In this document: positions 9,662-19,022 of the stretch, piece by piece
How positions within the stretch are numbered: the first letter of the stretch is position 1
How the letters are laid out: every line of letters starts with the position of its first letter
IMG/VR virus record: IMGVR_UViG_3300005096_000097
Span: 1 to 59,270 of that record
Length of the DNA: 59,270 bases
From: a virus
Lineage: Duplodnaviria; Caudoviricetes
Strand: one strand, 5' to 3'
Translations under genes and position numbers: made by a program
Notes under the pieces: model-generated
What the model was told of the DNA's origin: nothing
The model's input: the letters and a program-made list of their open reading frames with translations, nothing else
The model's database searches: none

Positions 9662-10527
9662 TATATGGCTTTCGTAGTTTTAAGACCCTGTTGCTCACGA
9701 GTCTTGAGATGTTTGGCGATTTTAGCAGCCTTGGTAAAGCCTACAAATAGGATGGTGGGCTTCCCGGCATCCATCACAATAGTGGTGGGCGTGAATCGGA
9801 TATTAAATTGTTCCAGTACTTCAGGAGCTTGCTCAATATCGACATAGAAGACGATGTAACCATCTTTCCGGAGCTGTGCGATTTCCGCATACATCCTGAT
9901 ACAGGGAGCACATGACGGGGACCCAAAGATTACTGCGTAGTTGTGTCGACAATCTTTGGCGTCACAGACGTACGGGGGGCATAGGCAGTCCTTCCCACAG
10001 TCACATTTATGGTCGGCCTTAACCTTCGAGGTGATTATCTTCGTCCGTACGACAGGTGTCCTGTCAGGGTTGACTATTTCCGGCGTCGGGGTTTTGGGGT
10101 TTTCTTCGGAATCCGTGTCCGACGTTCCTTCTTTTCTGCCTTCTTCTGAGCCCTCTTTTGAGCCTTCTCCTTGGCTTTCTCCTTGGCTTTCTCCTTGGCT
10201 TTCTCCTTGGCTTTCTCCTTGGCTTTGTCCTTGGCTTTGTCCTTGGCTTTGTCCGAAGAGCTTGTCGTAGGGGCTGGGTCGGAGTCCGAGGTAGATTCGG
10301 AGTCGGGCACGGTTGCTCGTTCTTCGCGGACGGCTTGAACTAAATTGAGGACCTTCTTCAGTTCCTCGCCCCAGTTGATCTTCCGCTTGGTGCCAAAGCG
10401 AACGATAATCGAAATCAGTTGATTCCTGAACCGTCGCCAAATGCTGTACAGGTTGAGAATTCCCATTGTTGGTGTATCCTATTGTAATCAAGGCAAAGGC
10501 AACACTCATTAACAGAAACAAACGCAT
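9661..10527 (-). CDS. exported thioredoxin-fold protein
   Basis: N-terminal signal peptide; SQG(Q/E) linker repeats; Cys-rich segment; 'FGSPSCAPC' CxxC, 'YVDIEQ', 'FTPTTIV' cis-Pro motif. Confidence 0.8.
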   Translation of the reverse strand: MRLFLLMSVAFALITIGYTNNGNSQPVQHLATVQESTDFDYRSLWHQAEDQLGRGTEEGPQFSSSRPRRTSNRARLRIYLGLRPSPYDKLFGQSQGQSQGQSQGESQGESQGESQGESQGEGSKEGSEEGRKEGTSDTDSEENPKTPTPEIVNPDRTPVVRTKIITSKVKADHKCDCGKDCLCPPYVCDAKDCRHNYAVIFGSPSCAPCIRMYAEIAQLRKDGYIVFYVDIEQAPEVLEQFNIRFTPTTIVMDAGKPTILFVGFTKAAKIAKHLKTREQQGLKTTKAI

Positions 10528-10541
10528 AGTGGGGGGTGCCT

Positions 10542-12101
10542 TTAGTAAAGCTTGTAGTCAAGGTTCTGGCTAGGGTAGCCAAGGTAATTTGACAGGGCAT
10601 AACTGTCGTCCCATGCCAACATCTTCTCAAGGATTCGAGCGTCAACCCAGAAGGACCCCGGGGGCTGCCCCAATCGTGTTGGTCCACTGTTCCAGTCAGG
10701 TCCCCAGCTATTCAGTAGGAGTCCGCCAGATCGCTTCCCTGAGTCATCAATACCTGCCAGTAACATACAGTGATACCAGGTATCTTTGGCTTTTGCAAAG
10801 CCATCCCGGTCGCGGGTGTCTTTGAAGCCTTGGTCAGAGCAGATGACTACCGGGTAGCCATTATAGACCGAATCTCGTGCTTCTTCCCAGGTTCTGACTA
10901 GGGTTGTGGTCCTGACCGGGTGTCTCTTGGAGATTACCTCAAGGTCATCGGGTACTCCGCCACCCCAGGTTGTGCATTTCTCACAGTTGTGTGCCCAGTC
11001 ACGGGCTTTGGCACCACTGTAGTTGGTAAAGTCATACTTACCATCGAGGTAGGGTCGTCGGAGTAACACCCCACCTTCGCGACACCACTGGGCTGCCCAG
11101 CTACCTGTCGAACCATCTCCATTAACAACTCCTTTGCCAACTTCGACTCGGGAGCCCGCATAAATGACCTCAGTGGCACACTTGGCTTGCCACTCGCCAT
11201 TCCCTTGACTTGCTTGGACGGCGTCCAGGATATCAATTCCAAGACCCCACCCATGGGACACACAGTTGTGGACGGCAACCCCATTTGCGATAAAAGAGTG
11301 GTGTGCATCTGCTACCCCAATATCATAGACCTTGGAGGGGGCTTCAATACTCGTCACACCTTTCACAGGTCGGCAGTAAAAGGAGAGGAATAACCAGTCG
11401 GGGTCTTGGAACAGGTTCGGAACCTGGCTAAGGTCACTTTTAGGTGTCAACAGGTAATCGGTGTCTCGTAAGTCACCAGCTTGTATCCACTCAGGTTGGC
11501 GTGTTTCATAAACCTGGCAAACAGCCTGGTTACTGGATCCATTAACACATCGTTCGTAAAATGCTTTGTTGACTCGTTTTCCAGCAACCCAGCACGTCCT
11601 GTACACTAGGAACTGGTGATCCTCAGTGACTTCGATGGCTTCACCCCCCGTCACATCAACACGGACCATACCTGACCGAGGGGTCAGTTCCCGAGTACTA
11701 ACGACGTCGGTCAGTGTTCCTAACCCCGTAAAGACCTGGTCACCAACTTGGATGTCTTCAATGGGGACCACACTCATACTAGTTTGGACCATTGTGCCAG
11801 CCGCAAAGCAGTCACCAATGGCCTGGTCGTGAGGCGCAATGGGCGTGCCAGTGGCAGTCTCCATGAACTTCCACAGTGGGGCAACTTTACCCTCACCTGA
11901 ACCTGCCAATTGGCGTCCGGCTTGAGCAAAGTAGTGGACCTTGTTCTGTGACTTGAACTTAGCGGTTGCTCGTTTGTTTGGCTTCCAACCCGCATAGACA
12001 GGGCGACTACCAGCTAGGAGTTCTTTTGGAAGGAGGAGACCTGCGGCGAGTCCCGTGGCGAGTCCCGTGGTTGTTTTGAGGAAGTCTCGCCTAGAAACCA
12101 T
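10542..12101 (-). CDS. Tat-exported papain-like (C1) cysteine peptidase containing an intein
   Basis: Tat motif SRRDFLK plus hydrophobic core; spliced sequence Q-A-I-G-D-C-V-S-H-G (catalytic Cys), WYHCM (His), LLNSWG (Asn). Confidence 0.88.
   Translation of the reverse strand: MVSRRDFLKTTTGLATGLAAGLLLPKELLAGSRPVYAGWKPNKRATAKFKSQNKVHYFAQAGRQLAGSGEGKVAPLWKFMETATGTPIAPHDQAIGDCFAAGTMVQTSMSVVPIEDIQVGDQVFTGLGTLTDVVSTRELTPRSGMVRVDVTGGEAIEVTEDHQFLVYRTCWVAGKRVNKAFYERCVNGSSNQAVCQVYETRQPEWIQAGDLRDTDYLLTPKSDLSQVPNLFQDPDWLFLSFYCRPVKGVTSIEAPSKVYDIGVADAHHSFIANGVAVHNCVSHGWGLGIDILDAVQASQGNGEWQAKCATEVIYAGSRVEVGKGVVNGDGSTGSWAAQWCREGGVLLRRPYLDGKYDFTNYSGAKARDWAHNCEKCTTWGGGVPDDLEVISKRHPVRTTTLVRTWEEARDSVYNGYPVVICSDQGFKDTRDRDGFAKAKDTWYHCMLLAGIDDSGKRSGGLLLNSWGPDWNSGPTRLGQPPGSFWVDARILEKMLAWDDSYALSNYLGYPSQNLDYKLY
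11265..11810 (-). mobile_element. mini-intein (Hint domain, 182 aa, no intact homing endonuclease)
   Basis: Block A CFAAGTMV, block B VTEDHQF, block F VYDIGV, block G 'HSFIANGVAVHN' followed by Cys+1. Confidence 0.92.
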
Positions 12102-12141
12102 GTCTTATCCCTTCAAGTTGTGGGGTCCATTTATTCTGCGT

Positions 12142-12945
12142 TTATTCTGCGGTCCGGGCATAGTCCCGGAGGGCTTGTGCTACTTCTTTCCAAACGAAGG
12201 CATGGGATTTCACATCTGAGAGCTTCCCATCTTGAGCCATGGCTCGTAATTCTAACATGAGGGAGTCCAGAAGGGGTGCCCAGGCTTGAACCCGAGTCCC
12301 CAGTGCGTCTCGATTCGAGGTGGCTGTTGCTTGGATAATCTCGACGGGTGTGGTGAATGTGTCTTGGTCAATAATGATGGCAATTGAGGAGAAGGACTGT
12401 GCCAGCTTCATTGCGTCATCACGTTTGGAGGGGCTCTCCACATCTTCGATCCAATCCAGCACCTTTGCCTGGAGGTCCTCACCTGGCTTTGGTGGGGGTC
12501 CGTTGGCTTGACCACCAGTGACTCGGACTTTGTGGATAGCAATATCAGAATCGCCACCCAGAGCACACGAAACCATAAAGGTATAAGTCACATCTTTGGC
12601 ACCTGTACCACACACAATGATCCGTCCATCATCAAACGTACGGAGACCAGGGGGTTTGGGCTCCACCTCATAATCAAATCCACCACCAAGGCTGCCAGAT
12701 AGATCGAGGGTAATTAGGGTCCCAACCTTCACTTTGTCTGGTCCTTGGATAACTACCTCAGCTTTGTCTTCGCGAGGGGTTTGGTCATCTGCATCGCCAT
12801 AGACCTGCATTGAAGTGTCAGGGTGCCCATGGTGTGTTGGTGTTTCAGCGGCGAAACCCCAGTTTGTGATGGTACCATATCCAATAATTGTGGCAGAGAT
12901 GGTGAGGGCAACAACAAGCAGTTTGATTTTACTCAGGCGGGACAT
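12142..12945 (-). CDS. exported/membrane-anchored hypothetical protein
   Basis: N-terminal hydrophobic signal; Ig-like middle ('VIQGPDKVKVGTLITLD'); Pro linker; helical C-terminus. Confidence 0.7.
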   Translation of the reverse strand: MSRLSKIKLLVVALTISATIIGYGTITNWGFAAETPTHHGHPDTSMQVYGDADDQTPREDKAEVVIQGPDKVKVGTLITLDLSGSLGGGFDYEVEPKPPGLRTFDDGRIIVCGTGAKDVTYTFMVSCALGGDSDIAIHKVRVTGGQANGPPPKPGEDLQAKVLDWIEDVESPSKRDDAMKLAQSFSSIAIIIDQDTFTTPVEIIQATATSNRDALGTRVQAWAPLLDSLMLELRAMAQDGKLSDVKSHAFVWKEVAQALRDYARTAE

Positions 12946-13035
12946 ATGTTTTCCTTAGGGTGGGAGCAGAGCAACAAGGAATCGAACCCTGTCCTAGTGG
13001 ACCAAAACCACCCGTGCCACCAATACACCATTGCT

Positions 13036-13287
13036 CTAGGGTTTGACTTCTGGGGGCTCGGTGGGGTTGGGACGCTCTCCGAGTTTATTAAATGCTAGGA
13101 GTCGGGCTTTTGTTTCGATAGCCGCTGCTAGGCGATTCAGTTGTTCAGTTGATTGGGGTTGGTTAGCGAGTTTTCTCAGAATTCTCGTGCAGTCAACGAG
13201 TGCATCATACTGACCTTCCCAGTATTGCCGGGAGCCATATGGTAGGTTTACCAGAGAAGAAGCACTGCTTGGTTGTTTCCGTGCCAT
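13036..13287 (-). CDS. hypothetical protein
   Basis: 83 aa ORF co-directional with the operon. Confidence 0.45.
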   Translation of the reverse strand: MARKQPSSASSLVNLPYGSRQYWEGQYDALVDCTRILRKLANQPQSTEQLNRLAAAIETKARLLAFNKLGERPNPTEPPEVKP

Positions 13288-13679
13288 CGTTCAGTGTCTT
13301 CCGCAAAACAGTTCTCACAACGGTCATAATAAATAACGTGTGCTGGTTTGCCACAAGCACACTGACCCTCTATCCGTGGGGTCACCTCTGGCTTTGGTGT
13401 GGGTTTGGTTTTGGTAGGTGCGCGAAAAGAACGCTGGGGTGTAGCAGTGGGTTCTGGGATGTTATCGGTATATTGGGTGAACTGGGCTCCAAAGCACGCC
13501 TGGCGCCCGTGGCTACATTGGGTGCTACTCGGGGATCCCGAGGCAGTGGCTTGGGAGACGTGAATCGGGGGTGCAGATTTGCCATTGTCTTGTTTCCGAT
13601 TTTGAAGAAACCGCTGAAGCGGGGGTGTCCCCACTTCAGGGGTTGTGTTTGTTTGCTTTGACAGCTTACAGACTTTCAA
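13248..13679 (-). CDS. hypothetical protein with C-terminal CxCG...CxxC zinc finger
   Basis: CACGKP...RCENC; start uncertain (TTG). Confidence 0.45.
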   Translation of the reverse strand: MKVCKLSKQTNTTPEVGTPPLQRFLQNRKQDNGKSAPPIHVSQATASGSPSSTQCSHGRQACFGAQFTQYTDNIPEPTATPQRSFRAPTKTKPTPKPEVTPRIEGQCACGKPAHVIYYDRCENCFAEDTERWHGNNQAVLLLW

Positions 13680-13680
13680 C

Positions 13681-13956
13681 TTAGGGCTTTAATCGACCAG
13701 TATCACTCGTGGACCCTGGTGGAATTGGTTGTCCAGGGTGGCTATTGAACACATTTCGCTCAATAGTCCCTTCCGTAGGTTCCGCAGCATTCGGGGCATC
13801 CCTGTAGGTGTTACTGGATCCTAGGGGTGAACCATTACGGGCGTCAGCAATGCTTGCTTCCTGCCGGCTCTCTTCTCGGGCCTTCCCACTAGGGGAGGTA
13901 TCGGCAACATGTTTTGGCATGGTATTCCTTTGAGTGTGGATTGTGGCGAGTCCCAC
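13681..13956 (-). CDS. small disordered hypothetical protein (start possibly ATG 13920)
   Basis: ORF fills the operon gap; AAGGA RBS before the internal ATG. Confidence 0.5.
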   Translation of the reverse strand: MGLATIHTQRNTMPKHVADTSPSGKAREESRQEASIADARNGSPLGSSNTYRDAPNAAEPTEGTIERNVFNSHPGQPIPPGSTSDTGRLKP

Positions 13957-13992
13957 TAGAGGTTATTTCATTGTGGTGTGGGTCGCCAGGGA

Positions 13993-14277
13993 CTATTTGA
14001 TTGTGACAGCGGACTTGGTGACAAATCGGAGACCAATATTGAGGACACCGATGAGGGTCGCTGCCATGGTTGCCCATTCTGGGTTGTTTTGGATGAGGTC
14101 ACTACCACTCACGGTGGCCGCAAGTCCTGCGACGACTGTGAGAAGATTGACCCAGAAGGTCTTAGACTTAATGATGGGTTTGGTCATTGGGGGCTCCGGG
14201 GGTGTAATGATTGTGATATTTGGGATATTTGGGGTCTCTGGCTTAGGGACTAAGCCATCATATGGGGATTTGCTCAT
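13993..14277 (-). CDS. holin-like two-TM protein
   Basis: 'KSKTFWVNLL' + TM1, TM2 'ATLIGVLNIGLRFVT', a common phage holin-like pattern. Confidence 0.65.
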   Translation of the reverse strand: MSKSPYDGLVPKPETPNIPNITIITPPEPPMTKPIIKSKTFWVNLLTVVAGLAATVSGSDLIQNNPEWATMAATLIGVLNIGLRFVTKSAVTIK

Positions 14278-14816
14278 TTGAGGTCCTCAGTATTTTGGGT
14301 TTGGCAGATGATACCTGCAATAATGTCGCTCAACTTGATGAGGTCGTCCTCCCAGCCATCGTACTTGTCCTCAACCATCTCAGAAATAGCCTGAACGATG
14401 CGTTGACCCCATGTGATTAGGGCTGGCTTGGCCAGGAGGAGTCCAGAAGACATGGCAAGTCGATTTAGAGAGACAGTGACCTTCTCAGATTTCATCAGAA
14501 GTTCGGCGATGGGCGCCGAATGGACAAGAAGCGTAGCCTCATCAGTGATAAGCTGGGTGCGGGCCACCAACATCATGTTGAGCTGCATCAGGTTTTCCCG
14601 CAATAATGCAATTTCATCGCCATCCTTGCCCTCCAGGATGAGACGACGCTCAAACTGTTCGGTGAGGTAATTCTGTGTCTCTTGGAGGGTTTTCTTCCGA
14701 CCCCCGTGCCTGAGACAGTACTCGAACCCTTCAGCGGAAATATTCCAACACTGACCACCATCTGAACCAGACGCCCGGCATCTACGTTTGTCGTCGGCGT
14801 CCTTTACTCGTTCCAT
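14274..14816 (-). CDS. probable terminase small subunit
   Basis: First gene of the late operon; N-terminal C-x8-C...C-x2-HGG (HGGxSTG-like) motif followed by a helical region, a layout common in TerS. Confidence 0.5.
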   Translation of the reverse strand: MERVKDADDKRRCRASGSDGGQCWNISAEGFEYCLRHGGRKKTLQETQNYLTEQFERRLILEGKDGDEIALLRENLMQLNMMLVARTQLITDEATLLVHSAPIAELLMKSEKVTVSLNRLAMSSGLLLAKPALITWGQRIVQAISEMVEDKYDGWEDDLIKLSDIIAGIICQTQNTEDLK

Positions 14817-15015
14817 GATGTTCCTGCTGAAAAGTGTGTCCCCAATTTACTGTACACTATACTATAACGGTGAGATACACTTTCGACCCGGAATAATGGC
14901 ATAATCGGTAAAATAGTCAAAAGTATCCAAAGTATTTCGGTTTTAATGGTTAAACCCCTACCCTAGGGTGCCTCTATATACGCTAATCGAGGGGATTAAA
15001 GTCCAACACAACGGG

Positions 15016-15044
15016 TTGACATCCCACCTTGTGCAGGTTATCCT
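15016..15044 (+). promoter_or_regulatory. sigma70-like early promoter
   Basis: TTGACA-N17-TATCCT in the divergent intergenic region, 32 nt before the first plus-strand ORF. Confidence 0.75.
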
Positions 15045-15076
15045 AGAGGATATCCCTTAACTCTGGAGACACACAC

Positions 15077-15319
15077 ATGCGACAGTACCGAATTATTACG
15101 AAGACACCTACCGTCAAGCAGGTCATTCTACGCCCTGGGATGGATTCCAGTCAGTACAACATCCCCGAAGTCCGGGATGCAGTGGATTACTTAAAGTCCC
15201 AGCCCCACGTAGAAATGATTGGAATCCGAATTGGCGCTAAGTATTTCTCACTTGTGGTGGTCCACAACGATGAGTTACAACCCGATCATTTCCGCCTGGA
15301 CGAGCCCAGCAATGGTTAG
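15077..15319 (+). CDS. hypothetical protein
   Basis: GGAG RBS; first gene after the promoter. Confidence 0.65.
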   Translation: MRQYRIITKTPTVKQVILRPGMDSSQYNIPEVRDAVDYLKSQPHVEMIGIRIGAKYFSLVVVHNDELQPDHFRLDEPSNG

Positions 15320-15506
15320 TACTGACATCAGTGGCGAGCCGATCTTGAATTTTAGGGGTAAAAGACGTGGAAACTTGGTCCAAACCCTTGACGGGGACCC
15401 CAATGTAAACGATAATAGGATTGTAGGTCGATTGTTGTTCTTTCTGCACAGTCCTGAGTGTCAGGGGTGGCTCAAAGACCATTCTGACTATTTCCTGACC
15501 CAGTGA
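15312..15506 (+). CDS. hypothetical protein
   Basis: 64 aa; overlaps both neighbours in operon fashion. Confidence 0.5.
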   Translation: MVSTDISGEPILNFRGKRRGNLVQTLDGDPNVNDNRIVGRLLFFLHSPECQGWLKDHSDYFLTQ

Positions 15507-15907
15507 AAGAGTGTAAAATGCCAATCAATTTGGACAAGTTCTTCAAGACCCAGAAGGGTCAAACTGTTGACGAGGCTCTGATTAAGGAGCTGGCCGCCTG
15601 CCTCCCGGACTTATTGGCTTCCACCAATGAGGCCATTAACCAGAAGGGGCGTAAAATCGAAGGGCACTTAGAGAAGATTGTTGCCCTTACCGCCGAGTAC
15701 GAGACCCTGGAGAGGGTCTCGAACGACGTATGGCTGACCCCCGTGACAGACTTTGAAATCCATTATGGTGGCGGCAATGGTATGTCGATGGACAAGGCAT
15801 CCGGACCTCGGGTGAAACAAGTCGCGATGGATCTTCTGTCAGACTCACTCAAGACCAACCGTCTGGAGTACCTAACGTCCTCGAATGCTCTGTTGAAGCT
15901 AAAATAA
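15503..15907 (+). CDS. hypothetical coiled-coil protein
   Basis: 134 aa; TAATG coupling to the lipase gene. Confidence 0.6.
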   Translation: MKECKMPINLDKFFKTQKGQTVDEALIKELAACLPDLLASTNEAINQKGRKIEGHLEKIVALTAEYETLERVSNDVWLTPVTDFEIHYGGGNGMSMDKASGPRVKQVAMDLLSDSLKTNRLEYLTSSNALLKLK

Positions 15908-16596
15908 TGCCCAGTATCCACGACTATTCACTCTTAGCTGAGATGTGTAAATCCACCTACACCTGGTACCCCTGGAGGGATCGCGAAGGGGTCGAGGTGG
16001 TGGAAGTCGAAGAAGGTCCTATGGTCTTCTATCTCGTGAAGTGGCCTGGTAACCTTGCCTGTGTTATTCGGGGCACTGATGACATTAGGGATTGGATATA
16101 CAACTTCCGTGTGAGTAGTAAGAGCACTGGTGGTGTCCACCGGGGGTGGTTTCAGTTGTTCCAACGGATATACCCAAAGGTGACTGAGTTTTATCTGGAC
16201 CATTATTGCCCTGGTGAAGGTTGTTGTCTGAGCTTAGCAGGGCACAGCCTTGGGGGCGCAATCGCCACACTGATTCACCGGGAAGCCACCCATGTCCACA
16301 ATATCCAATTAAACAAAGTGTGCGTGTTTGGGTCACCTGCCCCTTATAGTCACCGGCGTGGCCTCCTGGAAGATAAGCTCCCCTGGTCAGATAATCTCGT
16401 CCGTTTTGTTAATGGTAACGATATTATACCCTCAGTGCTCAACTGGCGGCGAAACACCCATGTAGGGACAGAAGTACAAATCGGAAACCCCTCATGGTGG
16501 CGGTGGCGCCACATGGTGACCGACCATGATATGCCTCAGTATTTAACAAGTATGAATGCGGACCTGAACCGCTCAATCCAACTCCCGAGGTCCTAA
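15907..16596 (+). CDS. lipase class 3 (alpha/beta hydrolase)
   Basis: 'VIRGT' oxyanion, 'VHRGW', nucleophile elbow 'AGHSLGGAIA', 'FGSP', 'RFVNGNDIIP', 'DHDMPQY'. Confidence 0.9.
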   Translation: MPSIHDYSLLAEMCKSTYTWYPWRDREGVEVVEVEEGPMVFYLVKWPGNLACVIRGTDDIRDWIYNFRVSSKSTGGVHRGWFQLFQRIYPKVTEFYLDHYCPGEGCCLSLAGHSLGGAIATLIHREATHVHNIQLNKVCVFGSPAPYSHRRGLLEDKLPWSDNLVRFVNGNDIIPSVLNWRRNTHVGTEVQIGNPSWWRWRHMVTDHDMPQYLTSMNADLNRSIQLPRS

Positions 16597-16597
16597 G

Positions 16598-17248
16598 ATG
16601 AAGTATCTTTCAATGTCCCTAGTTTCCTTGGTGCTTGCCCTCCTAATGGTTACATTTAGTTTCGCGGGGAAGAAACCAGGCGAGCGGGAACATGCAGAAC
16701 GCATTGCCATAAAATACAATGCCAAAGTTGAGGTCAAACTCTGGGATCACACCCGGGTGGACCTGCTCAATGACACCCACGCCTACGAAGTAGATTGGGT
16801 TCGGAAGTACGCCGAGGGTGTCGGGCAGGCTCTATACTATGGTGTGGTGACAAACAAGAAACCCGCTCTAATCCTTCTGGTGCGTGACTTGGTTAAAGAA
16901 TCACGTTACATCTACCGTGCTCAGACTGTCTGCGCACGCGCGGGTGTCGAACTCCATTTGGAAGTGATCCCAGCCGACCCAGTACGCAACTCCCTAACCA
17001 CAGCCCCACCCATATATCCACCGTATACACCCCCACCAGTGAAGGTGTATATGGTGTACGACCCTGTTGGTAAGGATTGGTTTGGGAAGACACTATTCAA
17101 CTTGTCAAGTTGGGGTCCTCAAACAGCGGCTGAGGTCTGGACCTCCCGAAAAGCTTGCGAGAAAGGCTTCTCGATATACCTTGGTGAGCGGTCAAAGCGG
17201 TCGAAAATCAAAGCCTTTGTGATAATACCCGCGAAAGACAATAAATAA
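16598..17248 (+). CDS. signal-peptide protein with PD-(D/E)xK-like nuclease fold
   Basis: Signal peptide; 'RVDLL....AYEVDW..KYAEGVGQALYY' restriction-endonuclease-like motif. Confidence 0.55.
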   Translation: MKYLSMSLVSLVLALLMVTFSFAGKKPGEREHAERIAIKYNAKVEVKLWDHTRVDLLNDTHAYEVDWVRKYAEGVGQALYYGVVTNKKPALILLVRDLVKESRYIYRAQTVCARAGVELHLEVIPADPVRNSLTTAPPIYPPYTPPPVKVYMVYDPVGKDWFGKTLFNLSSWGPQTAAEVWTSRKACEKGFSIYLGERSKRSKIKAFVIIPAKDNK

Positions 17249-17598
17249 TGGCAAAGATATCCTTAACTGACCACTTCGGGCAGTCCATACCCCGTTTTGG
17301 GGCGGCTGGTGTCAAGAAGGCACTCATGGCAAAGTGGCATGACCCAGAGGTGGAGCCAATGGAATTTGCAATGGTGCATTGCGAACTATCGGAGTGCTTC
17401 ATTTTGCGGATAGGTGCTAACGTGCGAACCTGCACCTACCAATTGGTGTACTGGGACCACCCCGTTGGTGATGAAGTAAATGCGACAGAAGTCTGTATGG
17501 GTGCCATAACAGAGAACTTCACGCATAAAGAGCAGACTAAAGCAATCACCACTTTCTTGAAACTCTGTAAGAGAGACCCCTTGTATGAAGTTGCATGA
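17248..17598 (+). CDS. hypothetical protein
   Basis: Coupled ORF, 116 aa. Confidence 0.6.
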   Translation: MAKISLTDHFGQSIPRFGAAGVKKALMAKWHDPEVEPMEFAMVHCELSECFILRIGANVRTCTYQLVYWDHPVGDEVNATEVCMGAITENFTHKEQTKAITTFLKLCKRDPLYEVA

Positions 17599-17884
17599 GT
17601 CCAAGAGTTGCTACATGAAGATTGTCGAGGTGGATCACCCCTTTCTCCCTCAGGAAGCATACACTGGACCAGGTCGGGGCCAGTACACTATGGTGGGTGG
17701 GCATCCACAAATTCACAATGTGGTCCTAGAGTTGCTGAAACTCGACATTGTGTGGAGGGTGACCTGCGCCAAAGGGTACTTCCTGGTGATGGTCAGTGAG
17801 CCACACCGGTGGGGTGAAGTTGATGGTCCAATTCAACGAATCATTGGGCTGGCTATTGATACTGAATCAGGGGACGCCAAATGA
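17585..17884 (+). CDS. hypothetical protein
   Basis: Coupled ORF, 99 aa. Confidence 0.55.
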   Translation: MKLHESKSCYMKIVEVDHPFLPQEAYTGPGRGQYTMVGGHPQIHNVVLELLKLDIVWRVTCAKGYFLVMVSEPHRWGEVDGPIQRIIGLAIDTESGDAK

Positions 17885-18234
17885 GTGATACTCAAGAGAT
17901 AATCACACTTTTGAAAGCCCTTCTATCCGTTCAATCTGAGCAGAAGGCCCTGATGACTGCCACCGCGCTTCGTCAGAATGGCCAAGGTCGCCAGAACTCC
18001 CAGTGGAAGACCACAAACTCAGATCTGTCGAAACGATGTTTCCAAGCCCACAAGAAGGCAGGTGAACTGCTTACCCACCTCATCTCAGAAGTTGTCACCG
18101 AAATCGAAGACTTGGATAACTCGGATAGCTGGGATGTCAATTACTCCCTGTTCGAGATACTGGATAAGTATGGACACAAATTCCAACAATTCACGATGTT
18201 ACTTCAGACCCTCTCTCAGTTAGGAACCCCATGA
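17881..18234 (+). CDS. hypothetical helical protein
   Basis: ATGA overlaps at both ends. Confidence 0.65.
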   Translation: MSDTQEIITLLKALLSVQSEQKALMTATALRQNGQGRQNSQWKTTNSDLSKRCFQAHKKAGELLTHLISEVVTEIEDLDNSDSWDVNYSLFEILDKYGHKFQQFTMLLQTLSQLGTP

Positions 18235-19022
18235 AAGCAGTATTCTTCCTCCTCGCATTACTAGTCGTGACACCTGCCCTTGCCCAGCATGAGCCTAAGA
18301 TTCACCAATCTGTGGTTCGCATTTATATCCACACTGATGGGGACCGGTACCCAGATGCGTTTGGATCAGGGTTTATCGTTTCACCCACCCAGATTCTGAC
18401 GAATTGGCATGTGGTGGCCCGCCGTCGGCAGGACGAGATTGGCAATGACCGTTCCATCCAAGTGCGATTTGCGGATGGTTCCCGGAGCTTTGCGGCCGTT
18501 ATCCATCAAGACGAAATCTGGGACGTGGCTCTGCTCAAAATACACCCCACCAAGCTGAAACCCATTCCTTTTGGCAGCGACCCCCAGCCAACTCAGACAT
18601 ACACAACCCATGGGTTTGGTTTTGACTATGAGTACCGTGCCCGCGAGGGTATCATGACCAAGACCCGGTATGTACCCACCCAGGAGCAAGCTGGGGAATC
18701 TCCTGACTTATTTCTGTTAGAAGGACATGCTGCCTGGCGAGGGAGCAGTGGTGGACCTGTGACAGGTAAGGATGGTCGTATCGTGGGGATACTCCACCGC
18801 TCTAATGCCGTCCTCAATACCACCCTCGCGACCAACGTATCAAGGATTAAGATTGTTCTGGGTGATAAACTGAAGTTAGGAAGTAGTGATCCAAAATCAC
18901 CACCCTACATTCTCAGGAGCAAGCCCCCGCAAAGGGTGTCGAGCCCCATCCGTCCTAAGGGAGATACACTCCTTCGTTGGGTCCCTAAGATTCAGGGGTA
19001 TCCAAATGACTATCCTCTTTGA
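18231..19022 (+). CDS. exported trypsin-like (S1) serine protease
   Basis: Signal peptide ending ALA; 'GSGF', 'LTNWHVV' (His), 'DVALL' (Asp), 'GSSGGP' (Ser). Confidence 0.92.
   Translation: MKAVFFLLALLVVTPALAQHEPKIHQSVVRIYIHTDGDRYPDAFGSGFIVSPTQILTNWHVVARRRQDEIGNDRSIQVRFADGSRSFAAVIHQDEIWDVALLKIHPTKLKPIPFGSDPQPTQTYTTHGFGFDYEYRAREGIMTKTRYVPTQEQAGESPDLFLLEGHAAWRGSSGGPVTGKDGRIVGILHRSNAVLNTTLATNVSRIKIVLGDKLKLGSSDPKSPPYILRSKPPQRVSSPIRPKGDTLLRWVPKIQGYPNDYPL

Noticed and set aside
1274-14670. Plus-strand ORFs overlapping the structural operon (e.g. 1274-1930, 2303-2902, 3461-4051)
   Set aside because: Antisense shadows of well-supported minus-strand genes
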